Shown here one piece after another: positions 40,026 to 50,059 of a stretch of 64,000 nucleotides of DNA (its first letter is position 1; each line of letters begins with the position of its first letter). The stretch comes from an uncultured Actinomycetes bacterium (lineage in GTDB: Bacteria > Actinomycetota > Acidimicrobiia > IMCC26256 > PALSA-610), in contig CAWAGX010000020.1 in NCBI GenBank assembly GCA_963781425.1, positions 474,387 to 538,386 of the forward strand, written 5' to 3'. The notes under the pieces were generated by a model. The model was not told the DNA's origin. It did no database searches and saw only the letters and a list, made by a program, of their open reading frames with translations. Position numbers and translations under genes: made by a program.

Positions 40026-40029
40026 CCGC

Positions 40030-40909
40030 TCACTCCTCGAGGAGCTCGGTCACCGCGCGCCCGAACTCGTCGGGCATCTCGACCATCGGGTAGTGGCCGG
40101 CCTCCTCGAGCGCAATGAACGGTGTTCCCGGGCGCGCCGCCAGCAGCCGATCGACCATCGGCGCGACTGCAACCGGATCCTGCATCCCCCACACGACACC
40201 GATCGGCGACGGATGCCGTTCGATTGCACCCGTGTAGCGCGCCTCACGCAGCCTGCGATCCTCGATGTACCGGATCAAGCGCGGAAGCAAACGGTGTCCA
40301 TCGGCGTGAGCGATCGCGCGCCACTGAAGTGCCAGCTCCTCGTCGGTCGCGGGATGCCCGGACGAGAACGTCTGCGCGAGGCCGCCCGTGAATCCCGATT
40401 CCGTGATCGCGTCAACCGGCGCGTCGTCGAGTTGCAGGAGCAGTTGCTGGCCGGCCGTGAGGTGCGCGAGCGCGAGATAGATGGATCCGTTCGTCAGCAC
40501 ACGGCGGCTGATGCCGAACGGCAGCGCGCCGTCCAGGTCGCGAGCCAACAGCTCACCGCCGACCGTGTCACCCATGTCGTGGGTGCACAAGCGCGACGCG
40601 TTCGAGGTGGCACGATGCCGCGACCTCTACTGCGGTGTCGGCATGCAACTCGATCGAGTAGCGCCGGTCGGGCTTTGCCGACAACCCGAAGCCGACGAAG
40701 TCGAAGAGCACGACGCGGCGGCGCGTCGCGAACGCGTCGACGACGTGCCGCCAGTCCGCGGCGCAGGTCGGGAACCCGTGCAGCACGAACAACGGATCAC
40801 GCCCGTGATCCTCCCGAGACGGGACATCGACGACGAACACGTCTCCTGCGGCGGTCGCGGTCGTGCGGCCACGCTCACGCCAACGCTCGAGCTCGTCTTT
40901 CGCGTTCAC
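40030..40909 (-). CDS. alpha/beta-fold hydrolase; one frame change (~40585)
   Basis: PLFVLHGFPTCAADW..VLFDFVGFGLS (ORF 40568..41239) joins HDMGDTVGGELL...EEAGHYPMVE (ORF 40030..40590). GTG start at 40909. Confidence 0.75.
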
Positions 40910-40976
40910 GATTCGGCGTCCCCCCCGCTCGTCTCGGTCTCGCCACGGACCCTCACGCGCGCACCCGCGAACCGGT

Positions 40977-41879
40977 TCACACGCGGCGCTCGAGGACGCC
41001 GCGGTCCCATTTCGCGCACTCGGCGGCCGCCTCGTACGTCGATTGCAGGAACTGCAGCACCATCGCGTCCGGATCGGGCGCGCTGCGCACGATCTCGTAC
41101 GGAAGCACGAACTCGCCGAGTGCCTCGCTGTACGACGCGGGCGCCGGAGCGACCGGCCACTCGCGGAAGCCGTCGGGCTCGGGATAGGCGTATGAGTACA
41201 GGACGCCTTCACCATCCGGGGCCGGCCAGTAGCCGGCACTGCTCACCTCGTGTGAATACGCCTCCTCCATGACCTGCGGGCCGCAGTTCGGCACCGCATG
41301 CGGATATCGAGGCGCCCGCCGTCCGGAGAAGCGCGTCGCCGCGAGATCGAACCCGCCCCAGAAGAAATGCACCGGGCTCGCCTTGCCGATGAAGCGGCCA
41401 CGGAACTCGTGAAACACGCGGTCGAGCTGCACGAGAAGCTGCCAGAAGCGATGCGCGTGCGAAGGGTCGTACGCGGTGTGCTCGTGGTCCTCCACAAAGG
41501 GGATTGCGCCTTCGATCTCCACGGGGACCGGCCAAATGTGTTGCGTGAGACGGAGCTCGTCCAGCTTGCGCGTCAGCTCCTCGTAGAACGCCGAGACCGA
41601 TTTCGGCTCCAGCGCGACGCGCCGTTGCGCGCCGTCCGTGACCGAGACGCGAAGGACGTGCGAGGTCATGTCGAACTCGATCTCGAATCCGCGCCCGTCG
41701 CGATGCGGCATGAGTGACGTCGACAGACCACGAGCCGTCACGTACAGGGTGGTGTTCCACCAATGGTTGACGAATGGCGTGCTCGCGAGCCGCACCTTGC
41801 CCACGATCTGGGTCCAGAGATGCAACGTGTCGCGCGTCGGCTGCCACTCGGAGATCGGCAGCGACGGCCACCCAGGCAT
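40977..41879 (-). CDS. DUF5996 family protein
   Basis: Intact 300-aa ORF. WQPTRDTLHLWTQIVGKVRLASTPFVNHWWNTTLYVTARGLST is the characteristic N-terminal block. Confidence 0.75.
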   Translation of the reverse strand: MPGWPSLPISEWQPTRDTLHLWTQIVGKVRLASTPFVNHWWNTTLYVTARGLSTSLMPHRDGRGFEIEFDMTSHVLRVSVTDGAQRRVALEPKSVSAFYEELTRKLDELRLTQHIWPVPVEIEGAIPFVEDHEHTAYDPSHAHRFWQLLVQLDRVFHEFRGRFIGKASPVHFFWGGFDLAATRFSGRRAPRYPHAVPNCGPQVMEEAYSHEVSSAGYWPAPDGEGVLYSYAYPEPDGFREWPVAPAPASYSEALGEFVLPYEIVRSAPDPDAMVLQFLQSTYEAAAECAKWDRGVLERRV

Positions 41880-41905
41880 GCTGTCCCTCCCGGCCGGCCG
41901 TCTCG

Positions 41906-42437
41906 CTACTGCGAGATCCGCGTGCCGTCCCTGCCCGCGAAGAAGTCGTGCAACTGGCCGGGATCTTCGAGCGTCACCCGCTGTTCATCGATGAACACGG
42001 CGGGCGTGGTGACGACACCACTGCTGATGCCACTCCGTTGATCCGCCGCGCACCACGTCCGCGAAGGTCTCGTAGGCGAGATCCTCCGCGAAGCGCTCGA
42101 CGTCGAGGCCGAGATCGCTCGCGTGCGTTTCGAGGTCGGGGATGTCCAGCTCGTGCTGACGCTCGAAGAGCCGGTCATGCAGCTCCCAGAACATCCCCTG
42201 ATCGGCAGCCGCTTCGGCGGCCTGGGCGGCGGCCATCGCGTGCGGATGCACACCCGTCAGCGGGAAATGCCGGAAGGCTTCACGGAAGGAGTGCGAGCTC
42301 CGGAGGTCGTTGAGCACACGCCAGAGTTACGCGGAGACGGGACATTCGTAGTCGCCGAACACCGTGATCGTGGGAGCGGCATCGGGACCACGGGTGTGGT
42401 CGTCATTCGTCAGCGACGGGTGCAGGAGTGCGCGCAC
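41906..42437 (-). pseudogene. DsbA/thioredoxin-fold protein remnant: in-frame TAA, lost second active-site Cys, plus one frame change (~42060)
   Basis: From GTG 42437 (GGAGGTG 7 nt upstream) it reads VRALLHPSLTNDDHTRGPDAAPTITVFGDYECPVSA*LWRVLNDL...HFPLTGVHPHA. The TAA is at 42327-42329. CPVS sits where CPxC is expected. The tail GISSGVVTTPAVFIDEQ is in another frame. Confidence 0.75.
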
Positions 42438-42493
42438 GGGATGGCACCTCCGTCTCGAAAGGGAGCTCACGCGACCCTACGCGAACCCAGGGG

Positions 42494-42532
42494 GGCGTGT
42501 TTGAGGTGCGCTTTTCGCACCTCAAACACGCC
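42494..42532. other. perfect 17-bp-stem hairpin in a divergent promoter region
   Basis: GGCGTGTTTGAGGTGCG-ctttt-CGCACCTCAAACACGCC, between the DsbA-like start (42437, minus) and the marR start (42594, plus). Confidence 0.7.
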
Positions 42533-42558
42533 TGGTCGGACTCGGTGCGCGCCGATGT

Positions 42559-42584
42559 TTAGCTCAGGTAATTAGTTAGGGTAA
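42559..42584 (+). promoter_or_regulatory. tandem 13-mers in the AT-rich stretch just upstream of marR (candidate operator/promoter)
   Basis: TTAGCTCAGGTAA|TTAGTTAGGGTAA (10/13 identical), ending 9 nt before GTG 42594. Confidence 0.3.
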
Positions 42585-42593
42585 GCTTGAGGC

Positions 42594-43056
42594 GTGGCCG
42601 CCATCTCGAACCCGCGAAACCCCACAAAGACCCCCGACACCGCAGCGATCGCGGCCCGCTTGCGGTTGAGTGCGACCCGTCTGGCCCGGCAGCTGCGGCA
42701 GGAATCCGACGCCGGGCTGTCGCCCAGCCAGCTGTCAGCGCTCGCGACCATCGAGCGGCACGGCGCACTGACGCTCGGCGCGCTCGCGGAACAGGAGCGC
42801 GGTCGCGCCCCCGAGCGTCACGAAGGTCGTCGCCAAGCTCGAAGCGGCCGGCTTGGTCCAGCGACGTCTCGACGAGGCCGACCGGCGGGTCGCGTGGGTG
42901 TCCACCACACCGACCGGCAACGCCCGCCTGGCGAAGATCCGCCAGCGCAAGACCATGTGGCTCTCGGCGCAGATCGCGCAGCTCGACGAAACCCAGCGGC
43001 GCCGGCTCGCCGACGCGCTCGACGTATTGGACACGCTCACCGCGGATCCCACATGA
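42594..43056 (+). CDS. MarR family transcriptional regulator; one frame change (GG at ~42797)
   Basis: ..GLSPSQLSALATIERHGALTLGALAEQER | VAPPSVTKVVAKLEAAGLVQRRLDEADRRVAWVSTTPTG (ORF 42853..43056). The stop overlaps the ATG of the MFS gene. Confidence 0.8.
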
Positions 43057-44338
43057 AGTCGTTACGGATTGCGACGCGTGAGACCTTCCGGTCCCTCCAC
43101 GTGCGCAACTTTCGCCTGTTCTTCAGCGGGCAGCTGATCTCCCAGATCGGCAACTGGCTGACGCTCGTCGCGCAGACGCTGCTCGTATTGAAGCTCACCG
43201 ACAGCGGCATCGCGCTCGGCGCGCTCGCGGCCGCGCAGTTTGGTCCTGTGCTCATTCTCGGTCCGTGGGCCGGCCTGGTCGCCGACCGCTCCGACAAGCG
43301 CCGGCTGCTGCTCATCGTCCAGACGATCGCGATGGCGCAGTCGTTCGTACTTGCGGCGCTGGCGTTCACCGGTCACCCGCCCGTGCTTGCGATCTACGCC
43401 GTCGCGCTGATCGGTGGCGTCACGATCGCGTTCGACAACCCCGCCCGGCGCGCCTTCGTCGTCGAGATGGTGCCCGAAGGTGACATGCACAACGCGGTGA
43501 GCTTGAACAGCGCGTTGATGACGTCTTCCCGCGTCGTCGGTCCCGCCCTCGCCGGTCTGCTCGTCGCGACCGTGGGCTTCGGATGGTGCTTCCTCGCTCG
43601 ACGGCCTGTCGTACCTCGCGGTGCTCGCGGGTCTGTGGATGATGCGCACCGAGGAGCTGCGGCCCGCGCCGGTCACGCTCAAGGCAAAGCGCCAGATTCG
43701 CGAGGGCCTGCGCTACGCACGCAGCGTGCCCGAGCTCTGGGTGCCGCTCGACCATGATGGCTGTCGTCGGCACGCTGTCGTACAACTTCCAAACGGTCTT
43801 CCCGATGTTCACGACGCGCGATCTGCACGGCAACGGCACGACGTTCACGCTCCTGTTCTCGGTCGTCAGCGTCGGCGCGCTGATCGGTGCGTTGCACACC
43901 GCGCGGCGGAAGTCGATCGACGTGCGGGCGGTCGCGCTCGCGTCACTGGGCTACGGCGTCGCGATGGTGTTCATGGCGTTCGCGCCGAACCAGGTGATGG
44001 CGTTCGCGTTCGGCATCTTGCTGGGGATCACGAGCATCGCGTTCCTCACCGCCTCGACGTCGATCGTCCAGATCGAGGCTGCGCCCGAGATGCGCGGCCG
44101 TGTGCTCGCACTGCAGGCGATGTTGTTCCTCGGCAGCACACCGATCGGGGGCCCGATCGTCGGGTGGGTGTCGGAGCAGTTCGGCGCTCGGTACGCCATC
44201 GGCGTCGGTGCTGCCGCGGCCCTCGGCGCGGGGACATGGGGACTGATGCGGGCGCGGCGCCCGTCGAGGAAGGTCGTTGTCGATCAGCTCCTGACCACCG
44301 AGACCGCCGTGGCATTGAACGCCGAGCTGGCGCGGTAG
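43053..44338 (+). CDS. MFS transporter; two frame changes (~43600, ~43750)
   Basis: MKSLRIATRETFRSLHVRNFRLFFSGQLISQIGNW..GPWAGLVADRSDKRR.., continued in ORFs 43621..44460 and 43754..44338. 12-TM-like hydrophobicity. Confidence 0.8.
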
Positions 44339-44349
44339 GCCACGCGCGT

Positions 44350-45864
44350 TCAAGCCTTGCGTTGCGCGCTCGAGCGAGCCGGGTTTGCCTGCTGGGCCGC
44401 CTTCGGATCCTCCTCGGCCTGCTTGGCGCGCACGCCCTGCTCGACCTTGTCGCCGAGTGACTTGTCGACGTTGCGCCAGTATTCGAACGCGCGCACCAAG
44501 ACCTTCTCGGTGACGCCGTTGAGGAGGTGACCGACGATGTTGCCGGTAAGCCGATCACGCGCGGCATCGTCGAGGACCTCACGCACCATCGTCCCCGGCT
44601 GACCCCAATCGTCGTCCTCGGCGTGCAGGTCGGTCGCGGCGCGAACGATGTCTCCCTCGACCTCCCATCCCGCCAAGAGCTCGGGCGGTCGCGCCTGCGG
44701 GCCGCCGTACGAGTTCGGCGCGTATACGGGGTCGCCCGGATTGTGGTATCGCATCGGCCCGTCCTTGGCGTACGAATGACGCTCCGTTCCCTTGGCCTGG
44801 TTCACCGGCAGGTCCATGTAGTTGGGCCCGATGCGATAGCGATGCGTGTCCGGATAGGAGAACAACCGCCCGAGCAGCATCTTGTCGGGACTCGGACCGA
44901 CGCCTGGCACCAGGTTCGACGGTTCGAACGCGGCAAGCTCGATATCGGTGTGGTAGTTCGCCGGGTTGCGATCGAGGGTCAGCGTGCCGACATCGATGAG
45001 CGGGTAGTCGCCGTGGGGCCACACCTTGGTGAGGTCGAACGGGTTGAAGCGGTACGTCGTGGCGTCTTCGTACGGCATGATCTGCACCTTCATCGTCCAG
45101 CTGGGGAAGTCGCCGGCATCGATGTGCTCGCGCAAATCGCGAATGTGGTAGTCGGTGTCGATTGCCGCCATCTGGTCACCCTCGTCCTGGGTGAAGAATT
45201 CGATGCCCTGGTTCGTCTTGAAGTGGTACTTCACCCAATGCTTTTCGCCACGTGCGTTGAGCCACATGTACGTGTGCGACGAATAGCCGTTCATCGTTCG
45301 CCACGAGCGCGGGAGGCCGCGGTCGCCCATCAGCCACGTCACCATGTGCGCAGACTCGGGACTCAGTGTCCAGAAGTCCCACTGCATGTCGTGATCGCGC
45401 AAGTGCGTGTCGGCCCGACGCTTCTGTGAACGGATGAAGTCTTGGAACTTCATCGGATCCTTGACGAAGAAGACCGGCGTGTTGTTCCCGACCATGTCGT
45501 AGTTGCCGGCGGTCGTGTAGAACTTCAGCGCAAACCCGCGCGGGTCGCGCCACGTGTCGGGGCTGCCGAGCTCACCGGCGACCGTCGAGAATCGCAGCAG
45601 TGTCTCGGTCGTCGTGCGCGGCTGGAACACTGCGGCACTCGTGTAACCAGTGATGTCGTTGGTCACCTCGAATCGGCCGAACGCGCCGCCACCCTTGGCA
45701 TGCACGACACGCTCGGGCACACGCTCGCGATTGAACTGCGCCATCTTCTCGATGAGGTAGTGATCCTGTAGGAGGATGGGACCGGCACGACCGGCGGTGA
45801 GCGAATGCTCGTCGCTCTCCGCGGGGATGCCGGCGTTGGTGGTGGTCGCAGGTGTGTCGGCCAT
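44350..45864 (-). CDS. katA: monofunctional heme catalase
   Basis: Intact 504-aa ORF with [25 protein letters not shown] and a proximal [12 protein letters not shown] motif. Confidence 0.95.
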   Translation of the reverse strand: MADTPATTTNAGIPAESDEHSLTAGRAGPILLQDHYLIEKMAQFNRERVPERVVHAKGGGAFGRFEVTNDITGYTSAAVFQPRTTTETLLRFSTVAGELGSPDTWRDPRGFALKFYTTAGNYDMVGNNTPVFFVKDPMKFQDFIRSQKRRADTHLRDHDMQWDFWTLSPESAHMVTWLMGDRGLPRSWRTMNGYSSHTYMWLNARGEKHWVKYHFKTNQGIEFFTQDEGDQMAAIDTDYHIRDLREHIDAGDFPSWTMKVQIMPYEDATTYRFNPFDLTKVWPHGDYPLIDVGTLTLDRNPANYHTDIELAAFEPSNLVPGVGPSPDKMLLGRLFSYPDTHRYRIGPNYMDLPVNQAKGTERHSYAKDGPMRYHNPGDPVYAPNSYGGPQARPPELLAGWEVEGDIVRAATDLHAEDDDWGQPGTMVREVLDDAARDRLTGNIVGHLLNGVTEKVLVRAFEYWRNVDKSLGDKVEQGVRAKQAEEDPKAAQQANPARSSAQRKA

Positions 45865-46017
45865 GGGTCACTCCTCGGCACGGACCTCTCGATGGTCCCT
45901 GTTTGTCAGCTGGCGTAGGGGTTGCATACCCACCGACGGCGGATAGTCGCGCAACCGGGCGTAGCGCGTCTGGAGAACCCCTTAGCGGAGACGTGACGGT
46001 TTTCGTACGATGCGGCG

Positions 46018-46578
46018 ATGAACGAAGCGCACGAGCACTGTGGCAGCGACGAGTGGCGGGCGATGATCCGCGACGTCATTCTCCCGTGGGCGATGGGCGA
46101 GGTCGACCTCGGCGACGACGTGCTGGAGGTGGGTCCGGGCTATGGCGCCACCACCGACGTGCTGTGCCGGTCGGCGGCACGCCTCACCTCGGTGGAGATC
46201 GACGGCGAGCTCGCGACGATGCTGACCGAGCGCTTCGCGTCCGTTCCCGCCGTGGAGATCGTGCACGGCGACGCCACCGCGCTCGACTATCCGGACGGCA
46301 GTTTCTCCGGGGCGGCGTGCTTCACGATGCTGCACCACGTCCCGACCGACGCCTTACAGGATCGCCTCTTCGTGGAGGTGGCCAGAGTGTTGCGACCCGG
46401 CGCGGCGCTCGTCGCGAGCGACAGCCTCGCGAGCGACGAGCTCGAGGCGCACCACGAGGGCGACACGTACAACCCGGTCGATCCTGAGACCCTGGCGGCG
46501 CGGCTGCGGGCAGCCGGGTTTGGCGACGTCGACGTCCGCACCAACCCGTTCGGGTGGGCCGCGATCGCCCGCACGTGA
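46018..46578 (+). CDS. class I SAM-dependent methyltransferase
   Basis: VLEVGPGYGATT (motif I), VEIDGEL, FSGAACFTMLHH, LRPGAALV. Confidence 0.85.
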   Translation: MNEAHEHCGSDEWRAMIRDVILPWAMGEVDLGDDVLEVGPGYGATTDVLCRSAARLTSVEIDGELATMLTERFASVPAVEIVHGDATALDYPDGSFSGAACFTMLHHVPTDALQDRLFVEVARVLRPGAALVASDSLASDELEAHHEGDTYNPVDPETLAARLRAAGFGDVDVRTNPFGWAAIART

Positions 46579-46704
46579 CGCGGCGGTTCTTCTCGCGCGA
46601 TCGCACTAGCACGAGATGGGTCAGCCTCCTCTGCGGCCGGAGCCGGCCGCGGTCGACATCCTGGGAGAGAGCGAGCAACTTCGCTCCATGCGGGAGGACT
46701 CGAC

Positions 46705-47052
46705 ATGGCCCAGATGCACATCCTCGTCAAGTGCTTGGACTGCGAGCAGCAACGAGTCAAAGCCGCGGCCGTCACCATTCGGAACTGCGCCGACGACGAC
46801 CAGTGGAGCTATCGATTCATCTGCCCGCAGTGTGCGCGCCCCACGGTGTCCGCGACACACGCGCGGGGTGCCCTGGAAGCTGTCGCCGCGGGTTCATCGC
46901 TCGAGACGTGGTGCTTCCCGGCGGAGCTGAGCGAGCAGCCGATCTCGGCACCGGCGTTCACGGCCGCCGATCAGATCGAGCTGCGTCTCGCCTTGACAGA
47001 GCCGGACTGGATGGACGCGCTCTGCAATCCGTACGCACCCGGCGACGAGTAA
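46705..47052 (+). CDS. hypothetical Cys4 zinc-ribbon protein
   Basis: GGGAGGA lies 6 nt before ATG 46705. CLDCEQQ...CPQCARP. Confidence 0.55.
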   Translation: MAQMHILVKCLDCEQQRVKAAAVTIRNCADDDQWSYRFICPQCARPTVSATHARGALEAVAAGSSLETWCFPAELSEQPISAPAFTAADQIELRLALTEPDWMDALCNPYAPGDE

Positions 47053-47055
47053 TCA

Positions 47056-47817
47056 TCATCTCGATCCGAACGCGACCGCCACGAGGTCGCTGAACACGTC
47101 GTCGACGTCGAAGGCCACCCCCTTTCCTCTGAACCACTCACCGACGTTGCCGATGTCGCGGTGGAGGAACTCCATCGCCTGGCTGTTCGTACCGATGTCG
47201 ACCGCCTGCGGTACGTCGATGATCCACAGCACGTCTTCCCACCACAACAGGTTGAAGACCGACAAGTCGGCGTGTACGACTCCCGCTTCCACCATGCGGC
47301 GCAGGTTCTCGATGAGCTGCGATGCCGCTCGTTGCACGTGCGAAGACCGTAAGCCCGCGTGCACGAGGCGCGGCGCTGCCATCGCGCGGTCGCCGATGTA
47401 CTGCATCAGGAGACCGTCGTCGGTGCGGGCGACCGGAAACGGCACCGCGACACCAGCGCCGGTCAGCCGCTCGAGCATCGCGAACTCGTTGTTCGGCCAG
47501 TCCTGGCGAAGCATGCTGCGCCCGTGGCGCGTCTTCTTTGCCGCGGCCCTGCGGTCGCGGCTCTTCGCGAACGACCGTCCGTCCCGGTATGCGCGGTCGT
47601 TCACGAAGTTGGCGGCGCGCTGGAACCCGAGCTGCTCCAACTCGCCCTTGTGCGTCACCTCGCGCGGGCGATAACGCTTGTGGGCCAGCAGACACGAGCG
47701 CCCGTCGGGCGCCACCCGCTCGACGAGAAACACCTCGGCTTCTTTGCCCGTCTTCAGCGATCCGAGGTCGTACTCCTCGAACGGCTCGGGATCGGCGATG
47801 AGCCACCCTGCGTCCAT
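47056..47817 (-). CDS. RIO1-family serine protein kinase
   Basis: LKTGKEAEVFL (nucleotide loop), VHADLSVFNLLW (catalytic loop) and IIDVPQAVD (metal-binding loop). ATG at 47817. Confidence 0.8.
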   Translation of the reverse strand: MDAGWLIADPEPFEEYDLGSLKTGKEAEVFLVERVAPDGRSCLLAHKRYRPREVTHKGELEQLGFQRAANFVNDRAYRDGRSFAKSRDRRAAAKKTRHGRSMLRQDWPNNEFAMLERLTGAGVAVPFPVARTDDGLLMQYIGDRAMAAPRLVHAGLRSSHVQRAASQLIENLRRMVEAGVVHADLSVFNLLWWEDVLWIIDVPQAVDIGTNSQAMEFLHRDIGNVGEWFRGKGVAFDVDDVFSDLVAVAFGSR

Positions 47818-48067
47818 ACACACGCCCCTTCGTCGGGATCCTGAACGGCTCCCGGCGGCGGACGTCAGACGCTTCGCAACAGCGCGTCGCCCGGACCGGG
47901 AGTGAGTGCAGCGGCATTCGTCATCTGCGTGCACCTCCTGGTCGACACGGGCAGTCCGCCCATCCTCGCCGGGCCGCCGAGCCCTCGCAACCGACTTTCC
48001 GTGGGCTCGGCCTACCTCGCCGAGGAATTAGGGACCGCGGCGACGGGATCTAAGGAGGAGTCCCGAT

Positions 48068-48347
48068 GTGTACGCGCTCTCGCGGGCGCATGGTGACGGT
48101 CGGGGCTGGAAGGGCCCACCGGAACCGGCCCGCTTGCCGGCTCACGCACGGGAGGTCGACGTCCTCGCCCAGCTCGCGCGGAAGCACCGACCGTCAGATC
48201 GCCGACGCGCTCTACATCAGCAAGAAGACGGTGAGCGTCCACGTGTCGAACATCCTCCGCAAGCTCGACGTGGCCAACCGCATCGAAGCCGCAGAGATCG
48301 GCCAACACGCCGGACTCCGCGAGCGCGACGCCACGTCGTCGAACTGA
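48068..48347 (+). CDS. small LuxR/GerE-type HTH protein; one frame change (~48185)
   Basis: AAGGAGGA lies upstream of GTG 48068 / ATG 48066. AREVDVLAQLAR (one frame) is followed by GSTDRQIADALYISKKTVSVHVSNILRKLDVANRIEAAEIG (ORF 48066..48347). Confidence 0.6.
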
Positions 48348-48431
48348 TTTCCTCGCTGGAGATCATCCGAAGCGATGATGGTCTTGAAGATCACCGTCGC
48401 AAGGCTGTATCCATGAGAACGAGGAGGCCGC

Positions 48432-49295
48432 GTGATCGAGCTCGCCGGCAGAGATGGCAACCGGCTCGCGGCCGACGTCGCGGGTGACCCTTCGCACCCG
48501 CCGGCGATCCTGTTCCACGGTGGAGGTCAGACGCGCCATTCGTGGGGCACGACGCTGCACACGCTCGCCGACAAGGGCTGGCGCGCCTACGCGGTCGATC
48601 TCCGCGGCCACGGCGACAGCGAATGGGCCGCGGACGGCGACTACACGCTCGACGCATTCGCGGGCGACGTGCTCGCGATCTCCCGTGCGCTCGACGAACC
48701 ACCCGCGTTCGTGGGCGCGTCGCTCGGCGGACTCGCATCACTCGCGGCGATCGGCGAGCACCCCGAGACACGCGTCGCCCGCGCGCTGGTGCTCGTGGAC
48801 GTCGCACCGCGCACCGAAGCGCAGGGCCGCGAGCGGATCGGCGCCTTCATGGCCGAGCACATGAACGAGGGTTTCGCCTCGCTCGACGAGGTCGCCGACG
48901 CGATTCAGCGCTACAACCCGCACCGGCCGCGGCCCTCCAACCTCAGTGGCCTGGAGAAGAACCTGCGGCGACACGACGACGGCCGCTGGTACTGGCACTG
49001 GGATCCGAGTTTCATCGGCGGTCGTCTCGGTGGTCACGACGAGACCCGGTCGTCCCTCATCGATCCCGAGCGACTCCAGCACGCGGCGCGTGGCCTGACG
49101 GTGCCGACCCTCCTCGTACGCGGGCGCGTGAGCGACTTGCTGAGCGAAGAAGGAGCGCAAGAGCTGCTCGAGCTCGTGCCCCATGCGCGCATGGTCGACG
49201 TGGCCGGCGCGGGTCACATGGTTGCCGGCGACCGCAACGATCTGTTCAACGACGCGGTCGTGACATTCCTCGACGGTGTGCGCTCGTCACCATAG
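48432..49295 (+). CDS. alpha/beta-fold hydrolase
   Basis: Intact ORF: ILFHGGGQTRHSW, nucleophile elbow GASLGG, DVAGAGHMV. Confidence 0.85.
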   Translation: MIELAGRDGNRLAADVAGDPSHPPAILFHGGGQTRHSWGTTLHTLADKGWRAYAVDLRGHGDSEWAADGDYTLDAFAGDVLAISRALDEPPAFVGASLGGLASLAAIGEHPETRVARALVLVDVAPRTEAQGRERIGAFMAEHMNEGFASLDEVADAIQRYNPHRPRPSNLSGLEKNLRRHDDGRWYWHWDPSFIGGRLGGHDETRSSLIDPERLQHAARGLTVPTLLVRGRVSDLLSEEGAQELLELVPHARMVDVAGAGHMVAGDRNDLFNDAVVTFLDGVRSSP

Positions 49296-49306
49296 AGCCG
49301 GCGCGC

Positions 49307-49432
49307 TTATTTCGCGCCCCGCAGCATGTCGAGGGTCTTGGCGAGCCGCCGCTGTCGCGTCTCGGGTTTCTCTTGGCGTCCTCGAGCGCGCGCGACATGC
49401 TCCTTGCGCTGCGTGTAGCGGTTGATCGTGAC
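49307..49432 (-). CDS. possible very small basic protein (41 aa)
   Basis: GTG 49432 lies 9 nt after the cupin stop. VTINRYTQRKEHVARARGRQEKPETRQRRLAKTLDMLRGAK. No family recognised. Confidence 0.3.
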   Translation of the reverse strand, partial: VTINRYTQRKEHVARARGRQEKPETRQRRLAKTLDMLRGAK

Positions 49433-49440
49433 GCGTGGCC

Positions 49441-49983
49441 TCAGCCCAGCTTCTTGTGGTTGGCGCCGACGAGCGCGACCGCGAGGACGGCGGGCTCGTC
49501 GCCGGTGTTCGACCAACGATGACGGGTCCCGTTCTGAATGTAGGTGTCGCCCGGATCGAGGGTGACCTTCGCTCCGTCGTCGAGCTCGAGCGTCGCGTGG
49601 CCCGAGAGCACGATGCCGTAGTCGATCGTCGCGGTGGTGTGCATGCCCGGTTCGGCGCGCTCGAGATGCTCCGCCATGCCCGGGAGCTTCTGCTCGAACT
49701 CCGCGAAGGCGGCTTCGAGGTCGAGGCCCGGCGGAGCGCCGACGCCGCGGTCGGGCGGAATCGTGAAGAACGCGAATCGAAAACCGCCTACGGGCGGGAA
49801 GTAACGGGGCGCGTCGGGCCGCGATCCGTCATCGGGGAAGGTGACCGTCGAGTCGGCACCCCAGAGGAGATGGAACTCGCTGCCGGGCAGCAGGGCCAGC
49901 GTCACCGGAGCAACCTTCTCGTCGCCCGCGAAGATCGCTTTGCCCTGCGCATCGTGACCCGTCACCACTCGTCGCACGTCCAC
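49441..49983 (-). CDS. cupin domain protein
   Basis: GGGAG lies before GTG 49983. GMHTTATIDYGIVLSGHATLELDDGAKVTLDPGDTYIQNGTRHRW. Confidence 0.75.
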   Translation of the reverse strand: MDVRRVVTGHDAQGKAIFAGDEKVAPVTLALLPGSEFHLLWGADSTVTFPDDGSRPDAPRYFPPVGGFRFAFFTIPPDRGVGAPPGLDLEAAFAEFEQKLPGMAEHLERAEPGMHTTATIDYGIVLSGHATLELDDGAKVTLDPGDTYIQNGTRHRWSNTGDEPAVLAVALVGANHKKLG

Positions 49984-50059
49984 GCCTACTCCCTTGTCCG
50001 GCTGCGTCGCTTCCCCAGCACGGGTTGTTGACGGACTCGAGTTTGCCCCCTCGACATCG

